Assembly (NCBI GenBank): GCA_965199495.1
Contig: CBDASK010000003.1
Span: forward strand, 1,600,001 to 1,664,000
Length of the DNA stretch: 64,000 nucleotides
Direction of reading: 5' to 3'
From: Abditibacterium sp.
GTDB lineage: Bacteria; Armatimonadota; Abditibacteriia; Abditibacteriales; Abditibacteriaceae
The first letter of the stretch is position 1. Every line of letters starts with the position of its first letter. This document shows positions 38,565 to 48,856 of this stretch, piece after piece. Made by a program: the position numbers and the translations under genes. The notes under the pieces are model-generated. The model did not search any database. It was not told the origin of the DNA and saw nothing but the letters and a program-made list of their open reading frames with translations.

Positions 38565-39575
38565 CTAATTCTCAAACGCCCGCGCCAACGTTTCGACGTT
38601 GCGCGTTACGTCGAATTCGCGTTCGACAACTTGCCGCGCGTTGCAGCCACGGCGCCGCGTTTCGTCAGCATTTTCCCAAACGCGCGTGATGGTTTGCGCC
38701 AATTCGTTCGCGTTATTGGGCGCGCACAGCCAGCCGGTTTGGTCGTTGATCAAATCACTCGCGCTGCCCGCCGTTGTGGTGACGACTGGCAAACCTAACG
38801 CGGCACCTTCGAGTAAAACGTTGGCCAAACCGTCGCGGTCGCCATTCGCGTCAATGCGCGAGGGCAAAACCAGACAATTGGCCCAATCGCGCATCGTTGC
38901 GATGACTTGCGCGTGCGGCAAAGCGCCGCGCGCGATGGACGCGTCGAATTGCGCGCGCATCGGGCCGTCGCCGATGATTTGAACTTGGGCATCTAAAATT
39001 TTGGCGGCTTCGATTAAATCGGGCCAGCCTTTTTTCTGGATCAATCGTCCGACGCCCAACAAACGCATCGGGCCAACTTTCCATTCGCGAAACGGATAAT
39101 TTTCCAGAGGGATTCCGTGCGGCGCGTAAATCACGTTAGCGCCGTATTTTTTCAATTCGGTTTCGCCTGAGCGCGTGCAAACCGTCGCCCATTTGGCCGC
39201 ATTTAGCTTCGAGCCTAAATCGCCGCCGCTTACCCATAAATCGTGGGCGTGCGCGGCGAAACTCCACGGCAAACCGGCTTGATTCGCCACTGCGCGCGCG
39301 ATGTCGGCGACGTGATTGGCCCACGCGGCGTGGACGTGGCTGATGCTGGCGCGCGCGAGTTGCGGCGCCAACTTTTCGCCGGTTGCGCGCCAGAAATAAT
39401 CGGCGCCGCGCAACTTCAAGGCGCGCGGCAAAAGCGGAATGGGTTGCGCGCCTTCGCCCGCGTTGAGCGCCCAGATTTCGATGATTAATCCGCGCGCGCG
39501 CAATGCGTCAATCTCGCGCGCCAGAAAGGTTTCGGTCGTCGAGGGAAAAGTGTCGAACAGATACGCAATTTTCAT
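38565..39575 (-). CDS. Glycosyltransferase family 4
   Basis: FPSTTETF, VGRLIQKKG and DGLANVLLEGAALGLPVV. Confidence 0.9.
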   Translation of the reverse strand: MKIAYLFDTFPSTTETFLAREIDALRARGLIIEIWALNAGEGAQPIPLLPRALKLRGADYFWRATGEKLAPQLARASISHVHAAWANHVADIARAVANQAGLPWSFAAHAHDLWVSGGDLGSKLNAAKWATVCTRSGETELKKYGANVIYAPHGIPLENYPFREWKVGPMRLLGVGRLIQKKGWPDLIEAAKILDAQVQIIGDGPMRAQFDASIARGALPHAQVIATMRDWANCLVLPSRIDANGDRDGLANVLLEGAALGLPVVTTTAGSASDLINDQTGWLCAPNNANELAQTITRVWENADETRRRGCNARQVVEREFDVTRNVETLARAFEN

Positions 39576-40708
39576 GCGCTTGGCTCCATTTGGTCGAAGC
39601 GCTCGAAATCAAAGCCGGGATTGTCGAATTCCCAGTAGACATCGAGCGTCGCGCGCGCGGCGCGTTCCCAAGTGAACTCGCGCGCGTATTGGCGGCCCGT
39701 CGCGCCCAGTTTTTGACGCAAATTCTCGTCGCCCAACAAACGCGCGATTGAATCGGCGATGGCGCGCGGGTTGCGCGGCGGCGGACACAACGCGTGCTGC
39801 TCCAAATTTGGCAACGGCACCGCACTCGATGCGACAACAGGCGCGCCGCACGCCAAGGCTTCTAAAACGGGCAAACCGAATCCTTCGCATAATGACGGAA
39901 AACAGAAAACTTCGCACGCGCTTAAAAGCGCGGGCACATCTGCGCGCGGCACGAAACCCAATTGTCGGATGCCGCTTAGCAACGCCTCGGATTGCGGCCA
40001 CGGCGCGATGCCGCCCGCGACGATTAAAGGCAACGCATCGGGCAAAAGTTTTAACGCGCGCAATAAGTTGGGCAAATTTTTCTTCGGCTCGAAGTTGCCC
40101 AGATAAAACAAAAACTGGGGCGGCAAATCGTATTTGGCGCGCACATTCGCGATGGCGTCGGGCGAAACCGGCGCGCTCCATTCGGGCGCGACGCCCAGAG
40201 GAATCACGCGCACATCGGCATGGGGCGCGCGGCGCAAAACGGCCTCGCGCGTGCGCGGCGTGCTGACCAAAACGCGCGCGGCGCGGCGCAAACTCTGCGG
40301 CATAAGGGCGCGATAATGCGCGCGATTGGCGCGGCGGGCGAAGTGCGGCTGATCCAGAGCGATTAAATCTTGAACCGTCAGAATCGTCGGGACGGGGCTG
40401 AGCAACGGCATCACGTAATTCCACGCGTGCAGCAAATCGGCGTTGGTGGCGCGTAATAAGCGCGGCAGTTCGAGCTGTTGCCACGCGATACGCCGCGCCT
40501 TTTGCGCGCTCGTAAACGGCAGACGATGCCACGTCCAACGCGGGCCGTCTTGCCAGTGCGCGGGCGCATCAGCGGGCACGCACACCAAATAATGATTGCG
40601 CCCGTCCAAGGCGCGCAGATGCGCGAAGGTTTCCCACAACGCGGTCTCGATGCCGCCGCGTCTGCCGTCCGGTTGGTGTAACGCCGTCGCGTCGAAAACG
40701 ATTCTCAT
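39572..40708 (-). CDS. Glycosyltransferase family 4 (MtfB-like)
   Basis: GNFEPKKN and FPSLCEGFGLPVLEALACG. Confidence 0.9.
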   Translation of the reverse strand: MRIVFDATALHQPDGRRGGIETALWETFAHLRALDGRNHYLVCVPADAPAHWQDGPRWTWHRLPFTSAQKARRIAWQQLELPRLLRATNADLLHAWNYVMPLLSPVPTILTVQDLIALDQPHFARRANRAHYRALMPQSLRRAARVLVSTPRTREAVLRRAPHADVRVIPLGVAPEWSAPVSPDAIANVRAKYDLPPQFLFYLGNFEPKKNLPNLLRALKLLPDALPLIVAGGIAPWPQSEALLSGIRQLGFVPRADVPALLSACEVFCFPSLCEGFGLPVLEALACGAPVVASSAVPLPNLEQHALCPPPRNPRAIADSIARLLGDENLRQKLGATGRQYAREFTWERAARATLDVYWEFDNPGFDFERFDQMEPSA

Positions 40709-40722
40709 GGGGAAATGGGCGG

Positions 40723-41030
40723 ATATATTTTAGCCATAAAAACGCAGAATTCACCAAAGGCACAAAAAATCGGGCGAACAGTATTTATTAATGCGGCTTC
40801 ACAGAAGTTTCTGCTCAATTGTAGGGTCACCGGCTTGCCGTGACCGCGAACGTTCCATTGCTTGCAAATCATTGCTTTTGCCAGGAGCATTACGTTTGCG
40901 GTCACGGCAAGCCGGTGACCCTACAATTGAGCAGAAACTTCTGTGAAGCCGCATTAAGGAAAGTTGGACAACCTATTTTTGAATCTTTTGTGCCTTTGGT
41001 GAATTCTGCGTTTTTGTGGCTAAAATATAT
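40723..41030. repeat. 308-bp compound palindrome (family D outer arms, GTAG-type inner arms)
   Basis: Outer arms ATATATTTTAGCCATAAAAACGCAGAATTCACCAAAGGCACAAAA; inner arms TTAATGCGGCTTCACAGAAG...GTAGGGTCACCGGCTTGCCGTGACCGC. Confidence 0.9.
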
Positions 41031-41103
41031 TGAAAAGATGAACAGCTACCTCAAAAAATTTGAGGCGACTTTGGTGCTGAATAGTCTAAGCACTCCCCAA
41101 AGT

Positions 41104-41817
41104 ATGTATCTCATTTTCGATTCTTACGGCACGCTCATGGAAATGGACGATTTCTATGGCCGCTTGCAAAGCGGTTTTAAAAAGCTCGGCGTCGCTTTGC
41201 CGCTCGATGTCGTCAAGCGCGCCGCGCATGTCGAAATGCGACATTATATGAAGGGCGCGCGTTTCGCCAATTGCCTTGAATCGTGGAACAAACTGCGCCG
41301 CGATTGCGCCCAAATTCTGGAAAATGCGATTCGCGAACAGGGTTATAAAATCGAATTGCCCGCCGAAAAAGTGATGGACGTTTTGAGCGAAGCCGTCGTT
41401 TACAAACCGTTTCCAGATATTAAATCGTCGCTGGAAAAATTGCGCGCCAAAGGCATTCGACTGGGCGTTTTATCGAACTGGGATTTCAAGTTGCAAGGCG
41501 CCCTCGAAGATGCGGGCATCGCGCATTTATTCGATTTCGTGTTGCCGAGCGCGCAAGTCGGCCTCGAAAAACCGGCGCGCGAATTTTTCGAGCGCGGTCT
41601 GGCTTTAGCGCGCAAAGTCGTGCCCGATTTAAAAGCGCGCGATTGTTTTTACGTCGGCGATCACTACGAAAAAGACGTTTTGGGCGCGCGCAGTGCCGGA
41701 CTTAGCCCGCTGTGGCTGGTGCGCGACAAACGCGATCTGCCATCGGGCGAAACCCACGAAGCCAAAGACGATGTGCCGCGCTTGCGCTCGCTGCGCGATT
41801 TACTGAAGTTGTTTTAA
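41104..41817 (+). CDS. HAD-family hydrolase
   Basis: LIFDSYGTL, LGVLSNWD, EKP and YVGDHYEKDVLGA. Confidence 0.88.
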   Translation: MYLIFDSYGTLMEMDDFYGRLQSGFKKLGVALPLDVVKRAAHVEMRHYMKGARFANCLESWNKLRRDCAQILENAIREQGYKIELPAEKVMDVLSEAVVYKPFPDIKSSLEKLRAKGIRLGVLSNWDFKLQGALEDAGIAHLFDFVLPSAQVGLEKPAREFFERGLALARKVVPDLKARDCFYVGDHYEKDVLGARSAGLSPLWLVRDKRDLPSGETHEAKDDVPRLRSLRDLLKLF

Positions 41818-41826
41818 ATTCAAATT

Positions 41827-41978
41827 GCCACAGAGTTCACAGAGAACGCACAGAGGGACACAGAAAAGAACGAAGAAATCAAAAAGTAGAAGAACCAAAT
41901 TTTATAGTTTTGCCTATATAAATTGATTTCTTCGTTCTTTTCTGTGTCCCTCTGTGCGTTCTCTGTGAACTCTGTGGC
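41827..41978. repeat. Palindromic REP-like element, family D (GCCACAGAG...CTCTGTGGC)
   Basis: Perfect inverted arms of about 55 bp with internal CACAGAG units. Confidence 0.9.
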
Positions 41979-41992
41979 TAAAATAAAATCTC

Positions 41993-43120
41993 ATGTCCGA
42001 CCCCATTCAAGAACCCGAAGCACAATTAGAAGACGATAATTCTGTGGACAAAGACGCGGTTTTGCGCGCGCTCAATCACGTTCAAGACCCCGATTTGGGC
42101 CGCTCCATCGTCGAACTCGGCTTTATCAAACGCTTGCGCTCGTGCGCGGGCACGGTCGCGTTCGACATCGAACTGACGACGCCCGCCTGTCCCGTCAAGG
42201 AACAAATGCAGGCGCAGGCGCACGATTTGGTGATGCAAGTCGAGAACGTGACCGCAGTCAACGTCACCATGACGGCGCAGACGCGGCAGTTGATTGATAT
42301 TCGCGGCGGCATTCCCGGCGTGAAGAACACCATCGCCGTGGCTGCTGGCAAGGGCGGCGTCGGCAAAAGCACGACTTCGGTGAATATCGCCATCGCTTTG
42401 GCTGAAACCGGTGCCAAAGTCGGTTTGCTCGACGCCGATATTTATGGCCCGTCCATCCCGATACTAATGGGCATCGAAGAAGGCGAAATGCCCGATGGCG
42501 AAGAGATTAACGGCGTGCAGCGCATTTATCCACTTGACAGGTTCGGCCTGAAATTGATGTCGGTCGGTTTTTTGACCGAGCGCAACAATCCAATTATCTG
42601 GCGCGGCCCGATGGTTGGCAAAATGCTGACGACGTTTCTCAAAAGCGTGGATTGGGGCGATTTGGATTATCTGATTTTGGATTTGCCGCCGGGCACGGGC
42701 GATATTCAATTAACTCTGGTGCAAAACGCGCCTTTGAGCGGCGCTGTTATCGTGACGACGCCCGAAGCGGTCGCGGGCGAAGACGTGATTCGCGCGGGCA
42801 AAATGTTCGATAAAATCGGCCAAAGCCTAAATATTAAAGTGCCGATTTTAGGCGTCGTCGAAAACATGAGCTGGTTCGAGACGCCCGACGGCGAGCGCCA
42901 TTACATTTTCGGTCAGGGCGGCGGCGAGCGCATCGCCGACGAATTCGAGGTGCCATTGTTGGGGCAAGTGCCGCGCACGCTGGAAATCATGCAAGGCGGC
43001 GATTCGGGTATTCCGATTACGGTTTCGCAGCCAAACTCGCCGATGGCGAAAATTTACGGCGAAATCGCGGGCCAATTGGCCCGCCGCGTGGCAACTTTGG
43101 CTGTTGAGAGTGGCGCATAA
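41993..43120 (+). CDS. mrp: Mrp/ApbC Fe-S cluster carrier ATPase
   Basis: LTTPACP, GKGGVGKST, DADIYGPS, DLPPGTGD and VVENMS. Confidence 0.93.
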   Translation: MSDPIQEPEAQLEDDNSVDKDAVLRALNHVQDPDLGRSIVELGFIKRLRSCAGTVAFDIELTTPACPVKEQMQAQAHDLVMQVENVTAVNVTMTAQTRQLIDIRGGIPGVKNTIAVAAGKGGVGKSTTSVNIAIALAETGAKVGLLDADIYGPSIPILMGIEEGEMPDGEEINGVQRIYPLDRFGLKLMSVGFLTERNNPIIWRGPMVGKMLTTFLKSVDWGDLDYLILDLPPGTGDIQLTLVQNAPLSGAVIVTTPEAVAGEDVIRAGKMFDKIGQSLNIKVPILGVVENMSWFETPDGERHYIFGQGGGERIADEFEVPLLGQVPRTLEIMQGGDSGIPITVSQPNSPMAKIYGEIAGQLARRVATLAVESGA

Positions 43121-43136
43121 ATTGTGAATAGAAACC

Positions 43137-43171
43137 AAACGACCCGCGATTTCAAAAATCGCGGGTCGTTT
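43137..43171 (+). terminator. Terminator after mrp
   Basis: AAACGACCCGCGATTT-CAA-AAATCGCGGGTCGTTT. Confidence 0.7.
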
Positions 43172-43287
43172 CTAATTCGCTAAATAGGCGGTTTCCTCAA
43201 GACTCCACTCGCGGCACAGAAACGAAGATTGAAATAACGCAAAAGGCTGCGCCGTATCTGGCTCGGCTTCTTCATAATGACTTAAAT

Positions 43288-43328
43288 ACAAGAAGCGCCG
43301 CGATATTGTATATCGCGGCGCTTCTTGT
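43288..43328 (-). terminator. Terminator after the DUF1559 gene
   Basis: ACAAGAAGCGCCGCGATA...TATCGCGGCGCTTCTTGT hairpin. Confidence 0.65.
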
Positions 43329-43342
43329 TATGAGGAGACAAA

Positions 43343-44137
43343 TTAACTTTTGTCGACTCGGATTTGCCAATTCCTGACTTGATCACCAAGAGTAGTGTTG
43401 ACAGTTGTTGCATCAGGTTCATCCTCGACGGTCCAGGCATTGGTTCCCTGAATAGTCGTGATCGGCTTAACGGCCTTGACGTGACCATCGGTATATAGGA
43501 AATTGCAGGTTTGCAAGTGGCCGTTGAACGCGTGATCCGGCACCAATTCGCTATATTCACGCCGGGACTCTCCAACCATAAGCGTTCGCGATGGATCTTG
43601 CAGTTGGGCCAGACTGGCGCCTACACCTTGAGCTGATGGGGTTGTTGCGTTCGTGCCGGTCACACCACCCCAACCATTGATAGCATAAGAGATTGGGAAA
43701 ATTGGAGCGCCGGGAACTGAACCTCCCGCCACCAATTTGGCCGGGTCGCTATCACGACAGTTCGTGCCGCCAGGAACATTGGCGTTTTGAACGTTTGAGT
43801 TGGACGGGCAAGCGAAGAGTTGCGTGCTCTTGACATACGGGTAGATACTACGACGCCACGAATTATATTCTTGTAAGTCCGTACTCGCAGGTGCTCCCCA
43901 TATACGCATCGGGAATCTCTCATCATAGTCTTGCGCGTATTGCATGATACCCAAGCCGATCTGCTTGAGATTGGATTGGCAAGACGCGCGACGCGCGTTT
44001 TCGCGAGCGCGCGCAAAAACAGGGAACAGAATCGCCGCCAGAATGGCGATAATGGCGATAACCACGAGGAGTTCTATCAAAGTAAACGCTTGGCGCTTGT
44101 GGACAGAACCTTTGGGGGAATGAGTGAAATATGACAT
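43343..44137 (-). CDS. Prepilin-type N-terminal / DUF1559 / H-X9-DG protein
   Basis: [47 protein letters not shown] and [15 protein letters not shown]. Confidence 0.92.
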   Translation of the reverse strand: MSYFTHSPKGSVHKRQAFTLIELLVVIAIIAILAAILFPVFARARENARRASCQSNLKQIGLGIMQYAQDYDERFPMRIWGAPASTDLQEYNSWRRSIYPYVKSTQLFACPSNSNVQNANVPGGTNCRDSDPAKLVAGGSVPGAPIFPISYAINGWGGVTGTNATTPSAQGVGASLAQLQDPSRTLMVGESRREYSELVPDHAFNGHLQTCNFLYTDGHVKAVKPITTIQGTNAWTVEDEPDATTVNTTLGDQVRNWQIRVDKS

Positions 44138-44345
44138 GAAATTTAAATTTCCTTATACGCCTGCATCGAGTGGCGAATTCCAAAAGTATACCCATCAATG
44201 TTAAATTCTAAACAAGACTGGCCGAACTTTGTAAAATTTTGTCATTCTATTCGCAAATACTCCAATTTGAAGAACAGCTGAAAACCCAAAAAAAACACGA
44301 AACCCAATTCCATGCCAAACATATAGTTAGGCGGCTTACTATTCT

Positions 44346-44903
44346 ATGAGAAAACCAACGGCGCCGGGGATGTTGCTTTTACGCGATTTGCCCCGCTACG
44401 AAATGTTGCAGGAAAAAGCAAAGCGCTATCCCGAACTCGACGCGAGCGCGGTGGATGCGACTTTGGTTTTGCTGCGCGTGGCCTCGGATGTGTTCGAGGG
44501 CATGGGCGCGCATCTGGCGCGCCACGACATTTCGCAGGGGCGCTTCATGGTTTTGGTGCTACTCGACCGATACAGCCACGGCGAAGGCATTCTGCCCTCG
44601 GAAATTGCCGAACAACTCGGCGTGACGCGCGCGACGGTGACTGGATTGCTCGATGGGTTGGAAAAATGTCATTTGATTTCGCGGCAAATGCACCCCGAAG
44701 ATAGGCGGGCGTTTTGCATCGAACTCACGCCCAAAGGCCGGAAGTTTTTGGCCGAAATGCTGCCCGAACATTACCGTCGCATCGCCGGTTTAATGGCCCA
44801 TCTCAGCGAAGCCGAACAGCGCCAGTTGGTCAAACTTTTGAGCAAAGTCGCGCACGGGCAAAACGCCCTGCACGACGAAAATTGGCAACCCTGCGAAAAT
44901 TAA
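44346..44903 (+). CDS. MarR family transcriptional regulator
   Basis: PSEIAEQLGVTRATVTGLLDGLEK...EDRR..IELTPKG; directly upstream of an efflux pair. Confidence 0.9.
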   Translation: MRKPTAPGMLLLRDLPRYEMLQEKAKRYPELDASAVDATLVLLRVASDVFEGMGAHLARHDISQGRFMVLVLLDRYSHGEGILPSEIAEQLGVTRATVTGLLDGLEKCHLISRQMHPEDRRAFCIELTPKGRKFLAEMLPEHYRRIAGLMAHLSEAEQRQLVKLLSKVAHGQNALHDENWQPCEN

Positions 44904-44930
44904 TTTTCTCGATTCAAACTTTAAAATCCC

Positions 44931-46877
44931 ATGAAAACCGTAGACCGTCCCGCTCCGCAAACCAGCGAAGAAGCAGAAAATAAGGCGCCTGACAATCAGG
45001 AGCCAAAGCACGAAGCGCCCGTTACGGCGACTGAGCCGCCTCAAAAAGGCAAATCGTCCAAGGACAAAAAGGCCGACGCCCGCAAGAAAAAATTGGCGTT
45101 GCTCATCGGCATTCCAGTTTTGATCGTCGCCGGAATTATCGGCGTCAACAAATATCGCTGGGGTCAATGGCACGTCTCGACCGACGATGCCTACACCACG
45201 TCGGACGTGGTTCAAATCACGCCGCAGGTCAATGGGCGCATTGAGAAATTACTGGTCACCGATAACCAGACCGTGAAAAAAGGCCAGCTTTTGGCGGTTT
45301 TAGACCCGTCGAGTTATCAGGTCGCGGTCGAAAACGCCAAGGCGAATTTGGCCGTCGCCATCGCGGCCAAAAACGCGGCGCAACGTCAAGTCGAACTGAC
45401 GGGCGCGACCGGAGACGCGCAGGTTTCTCAGGCGCAGGGCGGCATTTCGCAAGCGCAAGGCGGCATCGGTGCGGCGCAGGCGGGCGTGGCTCAGGGCGAC
45501 GCGGGCATTTCGCAAGCGCAAGCCGCCATTGATACGGCGCGCGATAGCGCCCGCGCCGCGCAAACCGGAATTACCAGCGCCCAAGCCGCGCGCGACCGCG
45601 CGATTCAAGCGGCCAAAGCGGCCAAAACGCAAATCGCCTCGGCTCAGGCACGAGCCACCGGCACCGGCGCCGGTGTTAGTCAGGCCAACGCCAATTTGAA
45701 AGCGCAACAGGCGGCGCGGGCGCGCGCCGTCGAAGCGGTCAAAGCCGCGCAGGCCGATGTGAAAACTGCGGGCGCGGGCGTGGCTTCGGCGCGCGCGCAG
45801 ATTGATGTCGCGCAAGCGGGCATTGACACGGCGCAAGCGCAACTCGTGCGTGCCAACAAAGATTTGACGCGCGCGCAGGAACTTTACACCGGCGGCGCCG
45901 CGCCGCGTTCGAGCGTGGACACCGCGCAAGCCGCACAGAAAACCGCCAACGCTCAACTCGACGGCGCCAAAGCGCAGTTGCAGGCGGCGCAGCAAAATTT
46001 GCAACAGGCGCAATCGTTTCAGACCGCCAAAGAAGCCGCCGTCACTTCGGCGCGCGCCGGAGTGAACGCCGCCGATGCGCAGATCGCGGCCTCGCGCGCG
46101 CAGGTCGAAGCGGCGCGCGCTGGAGCCAGTGGCGGCGCGCCCGATGTGGCTAATGCGCGCGCCCAATACGCCGCCGCGCAGGGCGCCGTGAACGAAGCCG
46201 AAGCAAAAATCAGTTCGGAGCGCGCCATGACCAAAGCCGCCAGCGACCAAATCGCCCAAGCGCAGGCGGCGCTGACCAACGCGCAAGCCGCCAAAAACGC
46301 CGCGCAACAACAAGTGGATGTGGCGCGTGGCAAAGCGCAACAGGCGCAGGGCACGTTGCAGCAAGCCAACACGGGCAACCAACAGGTTTCGGTCGCCAAA
46401 GCCAATTTCAAGTCGGCGCAGGCCAAAGTCTCCCAGGCGCAAGCCGCGCTGCAACAGGCACAACTCGACTTGAGCCGTACGCAAATCAAAGCGCCCGTTG
46501 ATGGCACGGTTTCGCGGCGCAACGGCCAAATCGGCCAACAACTCGCGACCGGACAAGCGATTATGGCTCTGGTGCCGCTCAACGATGTGTGGCTCATCGC
46601 CAACTTCAAGGAAACGCAGATGGCTGGCCTCCGCGTCGGCGAGGAAGTGGACATCGAAATTGACGCCTTGCCCAAACACGATTTCAAGGGCCACGTCCAA
46701 TCCTTAGCGGCGGGCACCGGCAGCGTGTTCGCCCTGTTGCCCGCCGAAAACGCGACCGGCAACTTCACCAAAGTCGTGCAACGCGTGCCGGTGAAAATCA
46801 CCTTCGATCCGAATCAGGACGGCTTAGATCAGTTGCGCGCGGGCCTGTCGGCGTTGCCAACCGTGGCAACGAAATAG
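44931..46877 (+). CDS. emrA: EmrA/HlyD-family membrane fusion protein with a very long Ala/Gln coiled coil
   Basis: STDDAY, ITPQVNG, IKAPVDG, ANFKETQ and LLPAENATGNFTKVVQRVPV. Confidence 0.88.
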   Translation: MKTVDRPAPQTSEEAENKAPDNQEPKHEAPVTATEPPQKGKSSKDKKADARKKKLALLIGIPVLIVAGIIGVNKYRWGQWHVSTDDAYTTSDVVQITPQVNGRIEKLLVTDNQTVKKGQLLAVLDPSSYQVAVENAKANLAVAIAAKNAAQRQVELTGATGDAQVSQAQGGISQAQGGIGAAQAGVAQGDAGISQAQAAIDTARDSARAAQTGITSAQAARDRAIQAAKAAKTQIASAQARATGTGAGVSQANANLKAQQAARARAVEAVKAAQADVKTAGAGVASARAQIDVAQAGIDTAQAQLVRANKDLTRAQELYTGGAAPRSSVDTAQAAQKTANAQLDGAKAQLQAAQQNLQQAQSFQTAKEAAVTSARAGVNAADAQIAASRAQVEAARAGASGGAPDVANARAQYAAAQGAVNEAEAKISSERAMTKAASDQIAQAQAALTNAQAAKNAAQQQVDVARGKAQQAQGTLQQANTGNQQVSVAKANFKSAQAKVSQAQAALQQAQLDLSRTQIKAPVDGTVSRRNGQIGQQLATGQAIMALVPLNDVWLIANFKETQMAGLRVGEEVDIEIDALPKHDFKGHVQSLAAGTGSVFALLPAENATGNFTKVVQRVPVKITFDPNQDGLDQLRAGLSALPTVATK

Positions 46878-46916
46878 GTTTAATTATTCGGTCATTGTAA
46901 CGTCCAGCCCGCTCCC

Positions 46917-47078
46917 CAGCCCTCCCCCGTTCCGGGAGAGGGGGCACCTTTCGGGGCGACGGCGAGTATCGAACTTTCTTAATTTTCAATGGACGGCGCC
47001 GTTTTATTACGTCGGAGGCAGTTCTATTTCCAATCGGCGGCTTCTACATGCCCCCTCTCCCGGAACGGGGGAGGGCTG
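46917..47078. repeat. Palindromic REP-like element (CCCTCCCCCGTTCCGGGAGAGGGG)
   Basis: 30-bp inverted arms; core shared with 19546-19787. Confidence 0.8.
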
Positions 47079-47140
47079 CGGAGGGGGCACCAGTGCCGAA
47101 AACTTCGCTCGCCGACAACCCATTCCCCAACACAAATATC

Positions 47141-48748
47141 ATGGCCACCGCAACTTTATCCAAATCCGGCTCGCCGCGCGCAGCAGCCACGCCGCGTCCC
47201 GACTATCTCAATTATTCGGTTGCCACGCGCTGGATCGTGTTGGCCGCCGTCGTTCTGGGCGCGATTCTCGAAATTCTCGATACCACCATCGTCTCGACAG
47301 CCATCCCGCAAATGCAGGGCAATCTGGGCGCGACTTTGGACGAAATCGGCTGGGTTTCGACGGGTTACATCGTCGCTAACATTATCGTTTTGCCGCTCAC
47401 CGGTTGGTTTTCGTCGAAGTTTGGGCGGCGCCATTATCTGGCAGCTTCGATGGCGTTTTTCACATTCGCTTCGTTCATGTGCGGCAATTCGAGCGGTTTA
47501 TGGGAATTGGTTTTCTGGCGCATCATGCAGGGCGCGGGCGGCGCGGCCTTAATCTCGACGGCACAGGCGACACTTTTATCCATTTTCCCACCCAAACAGC
47601 ACAACATGGTGCAGGGCATTTTCGGATTGGCGATTATGGTTGCGCCGACAACCGGCCCGACGATTGGCGGTTACATCGTTGACCATTATTCGTGGCCGTG
47701 GGCGTTTTTCGTCAATGTTCCGTTGGGAATCCTCGGCGTTTTCTTGGTGATGAATTACCTCAAAGACGACGAAACCGCCAAGCCGCCGGGCAAAGTGGAT
47801 GTTATCGGCATCGCGTTTCTGGCGCTGGGATTGGGCTGTTTCCAGACTTTATTGGAAAAAGGCAATCGCGAAGGCTGGTTCGATTCGAGCCTTATCATCA
47901 CGCTGTTTATCCTCGCTTTCACCGGCCTGGCCTCTTTCATTTACTGGGAACTCAAAACAGACCAACCCGCCGTCAACCTGCGAATTTTGAAAAATCAGGC
48001 GTTTATGGCGGGCTGCGTCTACAATTTTGTTATCGGCACCGGGCTTTATACTTCAGTCTTTATCTTTCCGGTTTTCATGCAGAATTTGGCCGGTTACACA
48101 GCGCAAGAAACCGGAATGCAACTTATTCCGCGCGGTCTGGCGACGGCGATTGTCACTATCGTTTCGATTCGGCTCACCGCCAAAATTCAGCCGAAATATC
48201 TGCTGGCGACCGGTTCAGCGCTGTTCACCATTGGGCAACTCTACTTTCATAACATCACGCCGCAAACCAGCCCCGACCAATTATTGTGGCCGATGATTAT
48301 CACCGGCGCCTCGTTGGGAATGCTCATCGTGCCCTTATCGGTGGCGGCGTTGGGCGCGCTCAAACCGCAGGAAGTGCCCGCAGGAGCCGGCTTGTTCAAC
48401 CTGACGCGCCAGTTGGGCGGCTCGATTGGCATCGCGGTTTCGGCGACTTTGTTGGACAAATGGTCGCAACAAGCGCGCGCGCCGATGGTGGATTTGATCA
48501 ACCCGCTCAACCCGGCGTGGGCCGAGCGACTGGCGACCATGACGCGCACGTTTCAGGCGCAGGGCTTGGACGCCAACACGGCGCATGACCGCGCTTACTT
48601 GATTATGAATCGCATCATTCAAGGCCAAAGCACAACGATTGCCTTCGAGAAAGCCTACTTCGCCCTCGCGATGCTATTTTTGTGCGCGATGCCGCTGTTG
48701 CTATTGTTCAAGAAAGTGAAAGGCGGCGCGCCCGCCGAAATGCACTGA
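47141..48748 (+). CDS. emrB: DHA2/EmrB-family MFS efflux permease
   Basis: ILDTTIV, WVSTGY, RIMQGAGG, APTTGPTIGGY, WPWAFFVNVP and NLTRQLGGSIG. Confidence 0.92.
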   Translation: MATATLSKSGSPRAAATPRPDYLNYSVATRWIVLAAVVLGAILEILDTTIVSTAIPQMQGNLGATLDEIGWVSTGYIVANIIVLPLTGWFSSKFGRRHYLAASMAFFTFASFMCGNSSGLWELVFWRIMQGAGGAALISTAQATLLSIFPPKQHNMVQGIFGLAIMVAPTTGPTIGGYIVDHYSWPWAFFVNVPLGILGVFLVMNYLKDDETAKPPGKVDVIGIAFLALGLGCFQTLLEKGNREGWFDSSLIITLFILAFTGLASFIYWELKTDQPAVNLRILKNQAFMAGCVYNFVIGTGLYTSVFIFPVFMQNLAGYTAQETGMQLIPRGLATAIVTIVSIRLTAKIQPKYLLATGSALFTIGQLYFHNITPQTSPDQLLWPMIITGASLGMLIVPLSVAALGALKPQEVPAGAGLFNLTRQLGGSIGIAVSATLLDKWSQQARAPMVDLINPLNPAWAERLATMTRTFQAQGLDANTAHDRAYLIMNRIIQGQSTTIAFEKAYFALAMLFLCAMPLLLLFKKVKGGAPAEMH

Positions 48749-48767
48749 GTGCGCATCGCACATCAAG

Positions 48768-48838
48768 AAAGCGGGGCTGGCGCCTCCTTCCAATCGGTTG
48801 CAAGACGAGTGATTGGAAGGAGGCGCCAGCCCCACTTT
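48768..48838. repeat. Palindromic REP-like element, family C (probably also terminates the convergent genes)
   Basis: GGGGCTGGCGCCTCCTTCCAATC.../...GATTGGAAGGAGGCGCCAGCCCC. Confidence 0.85.
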
Positions 48839-48856
48839 TCTGTTCGTATAGCGAAT

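Noticed and set aside
45300..46700. Long antisense ORFs (466 aa here; also 29966-31324, 12605-13708, 9486-10553)
   Set aside because: These are shadow frames of well-supported genes in GC-rich DNA.
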